NCBI GenBank assembly: GCA_000442015.1
Contig: KE561216.1
Location: 1-63,870, forward strand
DNA from: Rozella allomycis CSF55
Taxonomy: Eukaryota
DNA length: 63,870 bases
Reading direction: 5' to 3'
Notes under the pieces: model-generated
What the model was told of the DNA's origin: nothing
The model's database searches: none
What the model saw: the letters and a program-made list of their open reading frames with translations, nothing else
Position numbers and translations under genes: made by a program
In this document: in pieces, positions 38,380 to 48,900 of the stretch
How the letters are laid out: each line of letters begins with the position of its first letter
How positions within the stretch are numbered: the first letter of the stretch is position 1

Positions 38380-38690
38380 GTATCACGCTAAAAATTTCTA
38401 AATGCCCCACTTTTTTCTTTAACTTTTGACATATTATTTCAGCTCTTTGTGCAAGTAGGAAAAGGGACCTCATGGGTTTACTTGGTTCAAAGGTTTGAAG
38501 ACAAATTTACAAATTTAGAAGCAATAAGGTTATCGTGCATTTATTGTGCTTGTTTGAGTGAATGGCTTCTCTTATAACAAGTGACACTGATCAAGTGGCA
38601 TTTGTAACGATAATACTCTCATGATAAAAGATTCTAATTATCTTCGCAAGTGCTAAACTCCAAAATGTAGCGAGGAAAAAATGTGGATAA
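38380..38690 (-). pseudogene. Degraded copy of the AAA/PD-(D/E)xK gene 3' end and its downstream flank
   Basis: ataacaagtgacactgatcaa...acgataatactc...ttatcttcgcaa...aactcca matches 39443-39575; 38380-38500 resembles 39290-39380. Confidence 0.65.
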
Positions 38691-38729
38691 AAGTATATTT
38701 GATCTTAACCAATCTATACGAACGTAAAT

Positions 38730-39000
38730 TTAGTCGCTCCGGGGATTAGAGGTTAAATTGAAACACACCCAAGTTAGTTTATATAAATCAGATTGGAATT
38801 TGGGCGAATGTGCGTAATCATGCTATCAAGTAACAGAGGATATTAGAGAATTTATTCTTGGATCTGACGGCAAGGAAGCTAAGTGTTTTTTAACGGCTTT
38901 GTGTGGGAGCTATTTAAGGAAGACTTGGAAGTCTCTTTGTTAATACTTTACGCTACTGCACATGGAGGGAAAGATAGAGACTGCAGTAAAGTCACAATTT
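38730..39000 (+). mobile_element. Possible highly decayed non-LTR reverse transcriptase remnant
   Basis: Weak RT-like words only (APG; RLCVGAI*GRLGS resembling RPIxVGExxRRL; GKIETAV). Confidence 0.2.
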
Positions 39001-39399
39001 ACAAAAACTCTAATACTTCATCTCCAACTTCCAAGATTGAGCATGCGTCTTGTCACTGAAACGTAAATGCCTTTATTTTTTTAATGTGGCTTATGGGAGA
39101 GCTTAAATTCGAGTGTTTTTCTTGAATGAAATTTGCTACTTGGTACTGTGTTGTTGTTGAAAATTGCTTATTGATGACCAGGATTACCAATGTTAACCTT
39201 TTACTTGATAAACTTAAAAATTAAAAACAATGCTTAGGAATAATTGTCATGTTGAGTTATTACCATCTATTTACAACGATGACCCTTGTCACGCTATCGC
39301 CTATGACATATTATTTCAGCTCAAGAAAACGGACCTCTCTCAGGAATATGGTATTACTTGATTCAAAGGTTTCAAGATTAATAAGAAACCAAAAGGTAA

Positions 39400-39840
39400 T
39401 CACGCGTTTATTGTTGCCTGTTTGATTGAGAGGCGTTTCATATAACAAGTGACACTGATCAAATGGACAGTGTAACCGTTCAAGTCACGATAATACTCGT
39501 TGTCCTGAATTTGGTTGAAAGCAACATCACATTCATGATCAAAGTTTCTATTATCTTCGCAAACGCTGAACTCCATAATGAATACCTTTTTCGTGTGAGG
39601 AAAAGTAATTCGAACATGGCAACGACCTTCAATACCTTCCATTCTTGATTCCACGATTACATTTTGTCCATCATGAATACACGCATGGAAAATGCCAAAA
39701 AACAAACAATGATATGCAGCCACAGGAATTCGAATTTTTTCATGCGATTCACGATTACGCCACTCAATTAGGATTAAATCATGAGCGAACGAGTTAACTA
39801 GAATTTGTCGCATCAACACTTTCAAGGCAGTTTCATCAAA
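39400..39840 (-). pseudogene. Partial duplicate of the C-terminal domain of the AAA/PD-(D/E)xK gene
   Basis: High identity to 39982-40421 with several substitutions; truncated at n 39841. Confidence 0.7.
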
Positions 39841-39981
39841 NATAACCGGAAACAAATAATATCACTATAAATGGTTACTAGCTTGTCAGAGGCCATTCGG
39901 TCAGATATTGCCAGTTTAAAAGGTTAAACATCAACCAAAATAGCATATTATAAAATAATAGATCGATCAAGAATAAGCTAT

Positions 39982-41649
39982 TCACGCGTTTATTGTTGCC
40001 TGTTTGAGTGAAAGGCGTTTCATATAACAAGTGACACTGATCAAATGGACGGTGTAACCGTTCAAGTCACGATAATACTCGTTGTCCTGAATTTGGTTGA
40101 AAGCAGCATCACACTCATGATCAAAGTTTCTATTATCTTCGCAAACGCTGAACTCCATAATAAATACCTTTTTCGTGTGAGGAAAAGTAATTCGAACATT
40201 GCAACGACCTTCAATACCTTCCATTCTTGATTCCACGATTACATTTTGTCCATCATGAATACACGCATGGAAAATGCCAAAAAACAAACAATGATATGCA
40301 GCCACAGGAATACGAATTTTTTCATGCGATTCACGATTACGCCACTCAATTAGGTTTACATTATGAGCAAATGAGTTAACTAGAATTTGTCGCATCAACA
40401 CTTTCAAGGCAGTTTCATCAAACGGATCTTGATTAAAAACTTTGGAGACGTGATCCCCATAGGTTGATTTGGCCGTGTTGTTCATACTAGGAAGGACTTC
40501 GTGGGTCCAATGGTCTCTCAATTCTTTGTTCGGAATCATTAACAACTTTTCACTAAGTCGATAGGTCAGATAGCCTGTCAAGACAAGATAATTGATGATT
40601 TCGCACAATTTCCAATCTGAGTCATAAAAGTCAGTTTGGGCGTGTTTCAATGTAAGTTCTAAGCCATTTCTATCAAGAAGAAGTGTATAGATTTCCATTG
40701 GTAAAAATTGGTGAAGGCCTTTGATAAATTCTGCTATAAATGGTCTTGTTGTTCCAACCCAATAACTTTCATATTTTTTGCCATTCTTGAGCCACGTCAT
40801 TATTGAATAAGGATTTGACACTTTAGAGTCCCTAAAGTAGTACCCATCGTACAAATTCATGGCTTTTTCAACATCCCCTTCGTCAAGCCCCAATTGTCGA
40901 ACTTCTTCCAAAGTAAAACCAAAGCACGAAGAATATCGCATATTAGAATACGAATGGACGACAAAATTGTCAAATTGAGACATCATGATACCATCCTTTC
41001 GTATTTCAAACATTCCCATAACGCAAGCCTTCTCAAGTGAATCATTGCCTTTCAAAGCTGCTGAGAAAAAAGACCAAAAGAAATCTATTGCCTGTTCAAA
41101 AAACCCTTCTCTATGAGCGTTTTCCAATGGGGCATCATATTCATCGATTAACACAATGACTCTCTGCTTGTAATACTTGCGCAAGATATTTATCAAATTT
41201 GAGAGACATCTGCGTGGAGGGTCAGATTTAAGGTCATCACGCAGATACATATCTTTGCCATGATACGTTTGGTCAATAACATCTCTGTGTTCTTCAGCCA
41301 TTCGTTGAACTGCTTGCCATAATTTTGTTAATGTGCTTTCCCAAGTAGACCCAACGACATCCTTCAAATCTAAGTGCACAACAGGATAAGTCCCACAATA
41401 TTTTTCCATTAGTTCCTTTTTCTCGTTTATCTTCAAATCTTTGAACAAACTAGGGTCATTTCCGATACGAAAAAACGATTTCAACATGGACAAGTTCAAA
41501 CTCTTGCCAAACCCTCTTGGCCGAAGAATAACATCAACTTCACACCCATTATTAATAAATTCCTCGATGAAGAGAGACTTATCTACGAAAAATGCATCGC
41601 TTTTTCGATACTGATCAAATGACGACGAGTCAGCCAGCACAGGTTTCAT
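39982..41649 (-). CDS. Bacterial-type AAA-ATPase-like + PD-(D/E)xK (PDDEXK_9-type) protein
   Basis: FFVDKSLFI, Walker A RPRGFGKSLNLSML, Walker B VLIDEYDAP, FGFTLEEV, YDGY, NPYSI, GYLT, IPNKE, A..QI....Y; intronless. Confidence 0.88.
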   Translation of the reverse strand: MKPVLADSSSFDQYRKSDAFFVDKSLFIEEFINNGCEVDVILRPRGFGKSLNLSMLKSFFRIGNDPSLFKDLKINEKKELMEKYCGTYPVVHLDLKDVVGSTWESTLTKLWQAVQRMAEEHRDVIDQTYHGKDMYLRDDLKSDPPRRCLSNLINILRKYYKQRVIVLIDEYDAPLENAHREGFFEQAIDFFWSFFSAALKGNDSLEKACVMGMFEIRKDGIMMSQFDNFVVHSYSNMRYSSCFGFTLEEVRQLGLDEGDVEKAMNLYDGYYFRDSKVSNPYSIMTWLKNGKKYESYWVGTTRPFIAEFIKGLHQFLPMEIYTLLLDRNGLELTLKHAQTDFYDSDWKLCEIINYLVLTGYLTYRLSEKLLMIPNKELRDHWTHEVLPSMNNTAKSTYGDHVSKVFNQDPFDETALKVLMRQILVNSFAHNVNLIEWRNRESHEKIRIPVAAYHCLFFGIFHACIHDGQNVIVESRMEGIEGRCNVRITFPHTKKVFIMEFSVCEDNRNFDHECDAAFNQIQDNEYYRDLNGYTVHLISVTCYMKRLSLKQATINA

Positions 41650-41785
41650 TGTGGCGTAATCATGATTCTTGAACCTAGTTACCTGTATTTTAAGAATTGA
41701 ATTTATGCATAAAAATTTTAGATATTTAGTGACTAGTGTGGTATTTGATATCTAATAGTGGCTGATTGTTTTGAAATCTCATTAC

Positions 41786-44053
41786 ATGGACATCTTTAAA
41801 AAGAACCTTTATGATTTTAATCATTTAAAGAGGAATATTACTAATCCCTGTTTAAACCATGTTTTGGCACAAAATAGCATTGTATCATTCAAAAAGAATG
41901 CAATTTTTGTACAGAGAAGCGATTCAAAGGAATTAACGAAATATGAATCGTTTTCTAACATTATCGATATCATGTATTGCGAATCATATTTATATATAAT
42001 AGAGAAGCTAGAAACGTTTAAATTTCATAAAATAAAATTTGAAAACAACATCTTTAACCCGGATCATGCCGAGGCAGCCGAGTTTGTCAAATTTGAAACA
42101 GATCTGATAAATGAGCACAAAAATTATCAGCAGAGTAATATCAGAGTATACAATAATTGGTTATTCTTTTTCTTTTCAAGTCATGTCATCTGTGCCGCCT
42201 TTGGGATTAATTTGGTACCATTTTCAGTTACATTACCGAGCGAAGTAATGAATGTTTGTCTTTTTAAACACAACTTCATTGTTGCTGATGCAAATCAAAT
42301 TTGGTATGTTGTTGATTCCAATGGAGAAATAAAGTACCGAACCAGAGTTGAACGTACTTTTGTGTTTTTTACATATTACGAAGCGAAACATTATATTATC
42401 GCAGTTACAAAAGAGTGTTCGTTTTTAATATATAATATGAAATACGACAATGAAGGAAATACAATTAGGCAAATCCGACAATGTCATTCCAACACAACAT
42501 TCTGTAGAATGCTCGAACCTAATTCAAAAATATATCTTGACGGGTTGAAATTGAGCACAATAACAGAAACAACAAAAGAATCATTGAACAGATTTCAAAT
42601 TTTGCTCATTATAGATCATACCATAATGCTCATTAACCCTATCACATTTCAAATAGAGGCGAAATTCGAGTTGCCCCAGAATTTAGAATATTCTAAAATC
42701 TTATTATCAGATTTGGAATGCCCATTCGAAGTTGATATATGTTTTTTAAACACTCCGAATAGTGCGATTGAATGCGTGACGATTAGCAAGTCCACAGAAT
42801 CAATGAGATTAGAAATATACGATAATAAATCTAAATGGAATATCAATGAGGCTATGAAACAAGTAAAAATAGCAGAGTCATCTTCTTCAAACCAACGGAA
42901 GACTTCAAATGATAAGCCTGTTACTTTTAAGACAAAAATAAAGTCATCTGGCTATGGAAATAGAGCAGTAAACAAGTCTAAAAAAGAGAAAGCAAAAGCA
43001 AAAGAGAATAGGTCAAAAGTCCATAAAGATCATTTACAGTATACAATGAAAGCGCCAAATCTTACTAATTTTCTAAAGTTTTCATTGCTTGATAAAAGAA
43101 TAGCTAATGAAACCCAATCGGGCAAAGTTACATGTCAAGCATTTTCCAATACAGGAAAGTTTTTTTACACTGACCAAAATTCTTTGATCAAAGGATTCAA
43201 AAGTGAAAAATGCATATCAACAAGCAAAGAGGCAGCATATTTTTGTCAAATGGATTTTACAGAGAATGATAAATTGTGCTTATTGACATTGAGCAATGGC
43301 GACTTCCATCTAGTTTCAACCGAAGGTTTCAATAATGAGCCCCTTATTCAATTTTCATCTAAAATAAAGAAAAAGTCTATTGATTTGAGCGAACCATGTT
43401 TACCACAGACTCGCTTCATATTGAATGATCAATTGCTAATAAATTCGAATGAGAATAAACTGAGTATTTTCAATTACAAAATTAACAAACGCCTAAATGA
43501 TATTGAAAAACCTGTAAATGATCTTAATCATATGGCAGAATCATCTTTTGATCAAAATATCTCTGCATTATCCACATTTTGTCAAGGGTCCACTAAACTA
43601 ATCTTGAACCAATTTTCCAAGTTTGAAAGTACGATAACCCTATTTGATATTTACTCAATGACATCTGAAAGCACGGGCAAAATATCTTATGATGATGTGA
43701 AGTCCTTGAAAACAATCAACTCTAGCCAGTACGTGCATTCAGGAAGAAACTACTTTGGCATTGGGGACATAAGGGTGCCAAATTTCACTGTTCAAGTCTC
43801 ATCATTCTTTTGCCCTTACACAAACAACATGGAATTTATAAGTACTTCATATGACAACGGTCTAATATGTACCGCCAAGGGATCGTCAATTTTGTTGTTT
43901 GACATTCGCAGCATTGAAAAACCTCTAGTTACCAAAACTATTTCAAATAAAGAGTCAATCAAGTCTTTATCCATGTATGATTCGAAATGCATAATTTTAG
44001 CCAAGCATAATTTTAAAGAATGCGAAGTGTTTTATGATTATAGAATTAAATAA
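41786..44053 (+). CDS. WD40-repeat protein, WDR27-like
   Basis: Linker motif DKPVTFKTKIKSSGYG between two beta-rich regions; WD-like ends GDIR, LFDIR. Confidence 0.65.
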   Translation: MDIFKKNLYDFNHLKRNITNPCLNHVLAQNSIVSFKKNAIFVQRSDSKELTKYESFSNIIDIMYCESYLYIIEKLETFKFHKIKFENNIFNPDHAEAAEFVKFETDLINEHKNYQQSNIRVYNNWLFFFFSSHVICAAFGINLVPFSVTLPSEVMNVCLFKHNFIVADANQIWYVVDSNGEIKYRTRVERTFVFFTYYEAKHYIIAVTKECSFLIYNMKYDNEGNTIRQIRQCHSNTTFCRMLEPNSKIYLDGLKLSTITETTKESLNRFQILLIIDHTIMLINPITFQIEAKFELPQNLEYSKILLSDLECPFEVDICFLNTPNSAIECVTISKSTESMRLEIYDNKSKWNINEAMKQVKIAESSSSNQRKTSNDKPVTFKTKIKSSGYGNRAVNKSKKEKAKAKENRSKVHKDHLQYTMKAPNLTNFLKFSLLDKRIANETQSGKVTCQAFSNTGKFFYTDQNSLIKGFKSEKCISTSKEAAYFCQMDFTENDKLCLLTLSNGDFHLVSTEGFNNEPLIQFSSKIKKKSIDLSEPCLPQTRFILNDQLLINSNENKLSIFNYKINKRLNDIEKPVNDLNHMAESSFDQNISALSTFCQGSTKLILNQFSKFESTITLFDIYSMTSESTGKISYDDVKSLKTINSSQYVHSGRNYFGIGDIRVPNFTVQVSSFFCPYTNNMEFISTSYDNGLICTAKGSSILLFDIRSIEKPLVTKTISNKESIKSLSMYDSKCIILAKHNFKECEVFYDYRIK

Positions 44054-44282
44054 ATCAAAATTTTATAAAAAATGTCCACATAAAGCAAAATAATGTATAA
44101 TAAGTTTATGTATTTGTGAGATAAAATTACGCACGCCTCCATATTGAAGACACACTGTCACTTTACCGAATTTATTTATCTTTGTACAATTACATTGCTA
44201 ATTGCTTACTATTATGCTGCTAAGTGCCAAATATTTTTTATTTACCAACTCATTTGTTTGTTTATTTTTGTTTACTTGCAAT

Positions 44283-44751
44283 AATGACACTAACAGCTAC
44301 TTCATCCGCAAAACAAGTTCCATCTACATTAAATGTATACTTGCACGAGCTAGATTTTACTTTCTCCAAGGTGAAAAATGAATACCTCGCACGCAATGTG
44401 ACCACCAAATGCGCACTCTACGCCCACGGTTCCTCTGCCAAAATAATCCCGGGGGATTGCGAGTCCTTGCAAATTCCAGTAAAATGATTCAAATAAAAGC
44501 ATTAGGCAACTACAGAGAAGGAGTTGAAATTGACATTGAAAGATTTATGCGCTGGCAACCTAGGCTGGGTAGCCATCGGGAAAATGGATCTTCTTTTCGA
44601 AAAGGGCGAGATGGAGTTTAAACTTCCAGTCTTTGCCGCACAATGCAATATGAAGAGCCGCATACCGATCATCATCGGACATTGCAAAGTGACTGTGAAA
44701 GTGGCATACACTGAATCAAATGTGCCAAAAGTAATATACATTATTGAATAG
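44283..44751 (+). CDS. Hypothetical beta-rich (C2-like) protein
   Basis: Two ORFs joinable through a short GT..AG intron (~44479-44505); C2-like pattern LKLTLKD....IGK....IGHCKVTVKV; may continue into the next ORF. Confidence 0.35.
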
Positions 44752-44798
44752 CATAGACGATAAATAATTGCCGTTTTGATTGGAAACAGCCAAATCAG

Positions 44799-45623
44799 AT
44801 GCTGAGCGATGTAAAACAAGCGTTGAAGTTGAGAGAATCAATGCTTGACATAAGAGACTCCCTTGTTGAATTCGTTGAAAGTAAAGCATTTTTTAAATTT
44901 GCAAAAGATGTTGCAAATGACACGGAATCTGAAACCTCAGGGTTTGGGGAATTTGAAGAATTCCATTCTGGCTTTAGAACAGAAGCAGGAAGCTTTATCG
45001 AGCTTGATCCTGAGAAGGATATCGTGACCATTAGTGATGCAAGGGAGCATTGTATCAGAGAACATAGTATCATAGAACAGGTGACGATACCGAACCCCGC
45101 CAGTGACAGTCTAGGCGACAGAATGGTACATATGCTTAATGAATGCCCTTTTGGAATGAACTCGTTTCACTCTCCCCTTTTCATGAATATGATTCTCGAA
45201 CGGACCAAGGGGGTTCATAGAAAAGAAGAAGGGTTAAGATTTAAAGAAAATGTACAAGTTGAATATTTGTCGGTTGAGAACACCTCGGTTGAAATTGTTC
45301 CAGTTGAAATTGTTCAAGTCAGCAATACTCCAATAAAAGTTGAGCATACTCCAATAAAAGCTGAAATGGTTCCTGACGAAAAAGTTCAACTAAAAGTTCC
45401 ACTTGATAATGCCTCTGTCCAAAATACCGTAAAAGGCACTTTTTTATTGAAAAAAGGTTGTAAAAAAGGAACAATTCAGTATCCGAAACCTTTACAGGTT
45501 TTGTTCTTCCACACATCCGTTTGTATTGAATTCATTTCATTCTGTTCAGTTGATGAATATAATCAACAAAGCGAATGCCGCACGAACATGCACTCCCATT
45601 TATGTGAAAAAAATTTAATTTAA
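44799..45623 (+). CDS. Hypothetical protein
   Basis: 274-aa ORF with no recognised family. Confidence 0.45.
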   Translation: MLSDVKQALKLRESMLDIRDSLVEFVESKAFFKFAKDVANDTESETSGFGEFEEFHSGFRTEAGSFIELDPEKDIVTISDAREHCIREHSIIEQVTIPNPASDSLGDRMVHMLNECPFGMNSFHSPLFMNMILERTKGVHRKEEGLRFKENVQVEYLSVENTSVEIVPVEIVQVSNTPIKVEHTPIKAEMVPDEKVQLKVPLDNASVQNTVKGTFLLKKGCKKGTIQYPKPLQVLFFHTSVCIEFISFCSVDEYNQQSECRTNMHSHLCEKNLI

Positions 45624-45969
45624 CTATATGTAAATAAAAATCAAGTACTTTTAAAGTGTTACCACTTACCAGTCACGTACTTATTATGCTAGAAATGGAA
45701 TATCCGTCGAAGACGATATTGTAATCGTATTCAATAAGAATTAGTACGAGGTCCCAGGTGTACTAATTCTCTTATTCCTTAAAACATATATGATTGATAC
45801 TATTAAATGCATGTAAACTTAAACCAAATCTCAATAACTTCATTAAAAAAACTTTATTAACCTTTAATTTGAAAAACCGAAAACAACTTGCCCAAATCAA
45901 CCACACTCCTCAANTTCAATAATATAAAACAATACCCTCAAACAATAAACTTTATTAACTTTCAACAAT

Positions 45970-48900
45970 TCAACCCTTAATTTGAAAAACCGAAAACAAC
46001 TTGCCCAAATCAACCACACTCCTCAAATTAGCTCTCATCACACTGTCCACAAACATCCCAGTACTTTTATAGCATCCATTCAAATCAACCAAACACTTTT
46101 CAAACTGTACGATAGTCTTTGCAAAGCTTCGTTTAAGTTTATCTGGATTGAAGAGGTAGCTGAAATACGCCAGCTGGTTGTACAATGCCGCATCCGATAC
46201 CTATAAAAGTAAAAGATATTTGTTACTGTGGGATACAGACGGCCGCCGCACAGTGCTGATGGACACTTGTACCCATTAACAGACAGTTTATTAGTTTTCA
46301 GGCCGCATTGCGAGTTGTCGCAGATGTAGAATGAACGGTAGTATTGTCTGATAGAGTTTCTAATTGCCGCGACTATTTGGATGTACACGAGCTGTGGAGA
46401 CAAGAGTGAAGAACAGTTTGGACATTCGTAGCCGCTAATCACGTCTAGTCACATGTAAAGGTTTGATTTACTTGAATCTTTCATTTTGATTATTCCAGTG
46501 AATTCAAACGGCTTTGAACATTTGGAACAAGTGAACGCCAATTTCTTTACATTGGCAAAACGATCAATGGAATTTAGAGAGAATGTTTCTTCTTCATTTT
46601 CATTTTGGACTGAATGGTATTTTGAGCTGTCTAGCCCTAAACAGTCGGCCAATCTAGCAGAATCAGTGCCTTGGATGTGTTGACATAATCTAACAATTGG
46701 AGGCAAGATTTGTTGTTTTAGGTACCATTCAATATCAATAGATAGATTTTGTTTTTTTATTTCATCCAAGGAAAAGGCTCTTTCAGATAAATTTGAAGAT
46801 TCAGATTTGCAGATAGCATAAGCTACTGTGTCACCAATTCTAACGTTTAATCCTTTTTGTTTCATTCTGATAGCCACTTGAACGTGTGGTTGTGATTTAG
46901 CATCAGAATATTCTTCTGGTTGTTTTGTTAGACCTTTTATCAAGAGAAGTTAGGGAGTTACCTGTGATTAACTATACTCAATTAATTATACCTAACATTA
47001 ACTATAGTGAACTCGTTATACCTAACATTAATCATTCCAACTGATGATACCTAACATCACCCAACTTCAACTCATATACCTTTGGTTATTAAATACTTTT
47101 CAATATCAATTCTCCCACCCCTCATCTCATTCGCCACTGATCCCAAATAGCTATGCACAATAGCCACCAAATCTTCTCTATTCAGCCCACTCAGAATCTT
47201 ATCAAGAATAAAATTAGACACCTGCACAGACAACTCGCTCCAATCTCTCCTCACCAGATCCAGCCCTTTAGTCTCAATACTAGTTTTAAACTTGTTATTG
47301 TCAATCTCATTCAACACCAATGCTGCGTATTTCTTCTTTTTCAGCAAGAGCAAGTTTTTGAATATTCCGTCCAATTCGATTTCTAAGAGTTTGTATTTTT
47401 CATTAACTGATTTTTTAACCATTTGGGCTATTTGCTTTGCTTTGAGAACATCTTCTGTGCCAGTGTAGATCATGATAGAGTCTGTGTCACCGTAGATAAC
47501 ATCCAAGTGACATTGTTCCATGGCTAATTGGACTGTGTTTTGTAGAATTTCTCTTCCTTTTGAAGTAATCAACATTGCCAATGGTTTAGCATAGAAGCGT
47601 GAATGTGAGAAACCTAAACAACCGTACATTGAATTGGCTGTTAATTTTAATGCTTTCTGTCTAATGTCTAATTGAATTAATTCATCCTTGTTTTTATTGT
47701 CTTTCATTAACCCTTTCACTTGTCTTCTTCTCTGAACCAAATTAGCAATCAACTTTGGCAAAATACCTATTTTAAAGGAGGAGATATTTGTTACCTATTT
47801 TATAATGTTATACCCCTTTGAATTACCTATTTTATAATGTTAAACCCCTTTGATTACCTTGATCTAAATTCTTTTCAGGAATCTCTGGCAACATATCACT
47901 CTCCAATGCCTCCCTCTCCACCGTAGTAAAACAAATATTATATTCTTGTATAATAGACGGATACAAACTATTAAAATCCAACAACAACACAATCTTATCA
48001 TAGAACCCTTTCACTAAACTTTTTTAAACTATGTTACCCTTTTTAGGCTCCAACACCAACCCCCCAGAATACGATGGCTTCTTTTTTCCAACTTTTTTGT
48101 CATCCAAATCTTTAAACCCAAATTGCTTGTCGGGAACTATAAACTTGTTCTTGTGGAATTCATGCAACAACAAAAACTCGTTTCTCTCTGCTCTAGCACC
48201 ACACAATGTTCTCGACCACAAATTTCCAGCTAGATTAGTCAATTGCTTTGTTAATGGCAAGGCCATCAATTTAAACATTAAAGAAACACTCAGGATTGAA
48301 TCTTGCACACATTGCTTAAGAAATGATAATAAATTTGTTGAATTCTTGTAATAAGCTGGAATCTTTTCAAAATCAATTTCCATCTTTTTTATTCCCAGTT
48401 GAGATTCAGACAGACATGATAAAGAATAACTTTTAGATCTTAATAAATCTTTTGATACCAAATAAGTATCACAAACTATTCTTCCAGAAACTATTTGTCT
48501 CTCTCCAAACGTTGACTCACTCATCCCACCAGCTCCACTTTGCAGTTTAGGCCACACAGATCTCTTCAATCTACCCAATCTACTCCAAGTGTCTATTTTA
48601 TTATATTTCATTCTATGCAATAACACATCCAAANAATCAAACCCTAGAAAATTATGCCCAACTAGAATATCTGGATCTGTTCTATGAATAAACGCTGTTA
48701 AATAATTCAACAAACTTCTCTCATTTCTACACAATTCAATTCCAATCATCTTTTCCTTTTTTATTATCTCTTCAAACTTGAATGGAAATGGCTTATTATC
48801 CAACTGAACAACTGCTACATTGCTCTGACTAGCTTTAATCCCTTCATTTCTCTTGTCTACATGCACATTCTTATACACCAAAAATGAAACTGAAACAATC

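Noticed and set aside
45850..46025. Duplicated POL1 3' end
   Set aside because: Abuts an assembly n at about 45914; likely an allelic or overlap artefact.
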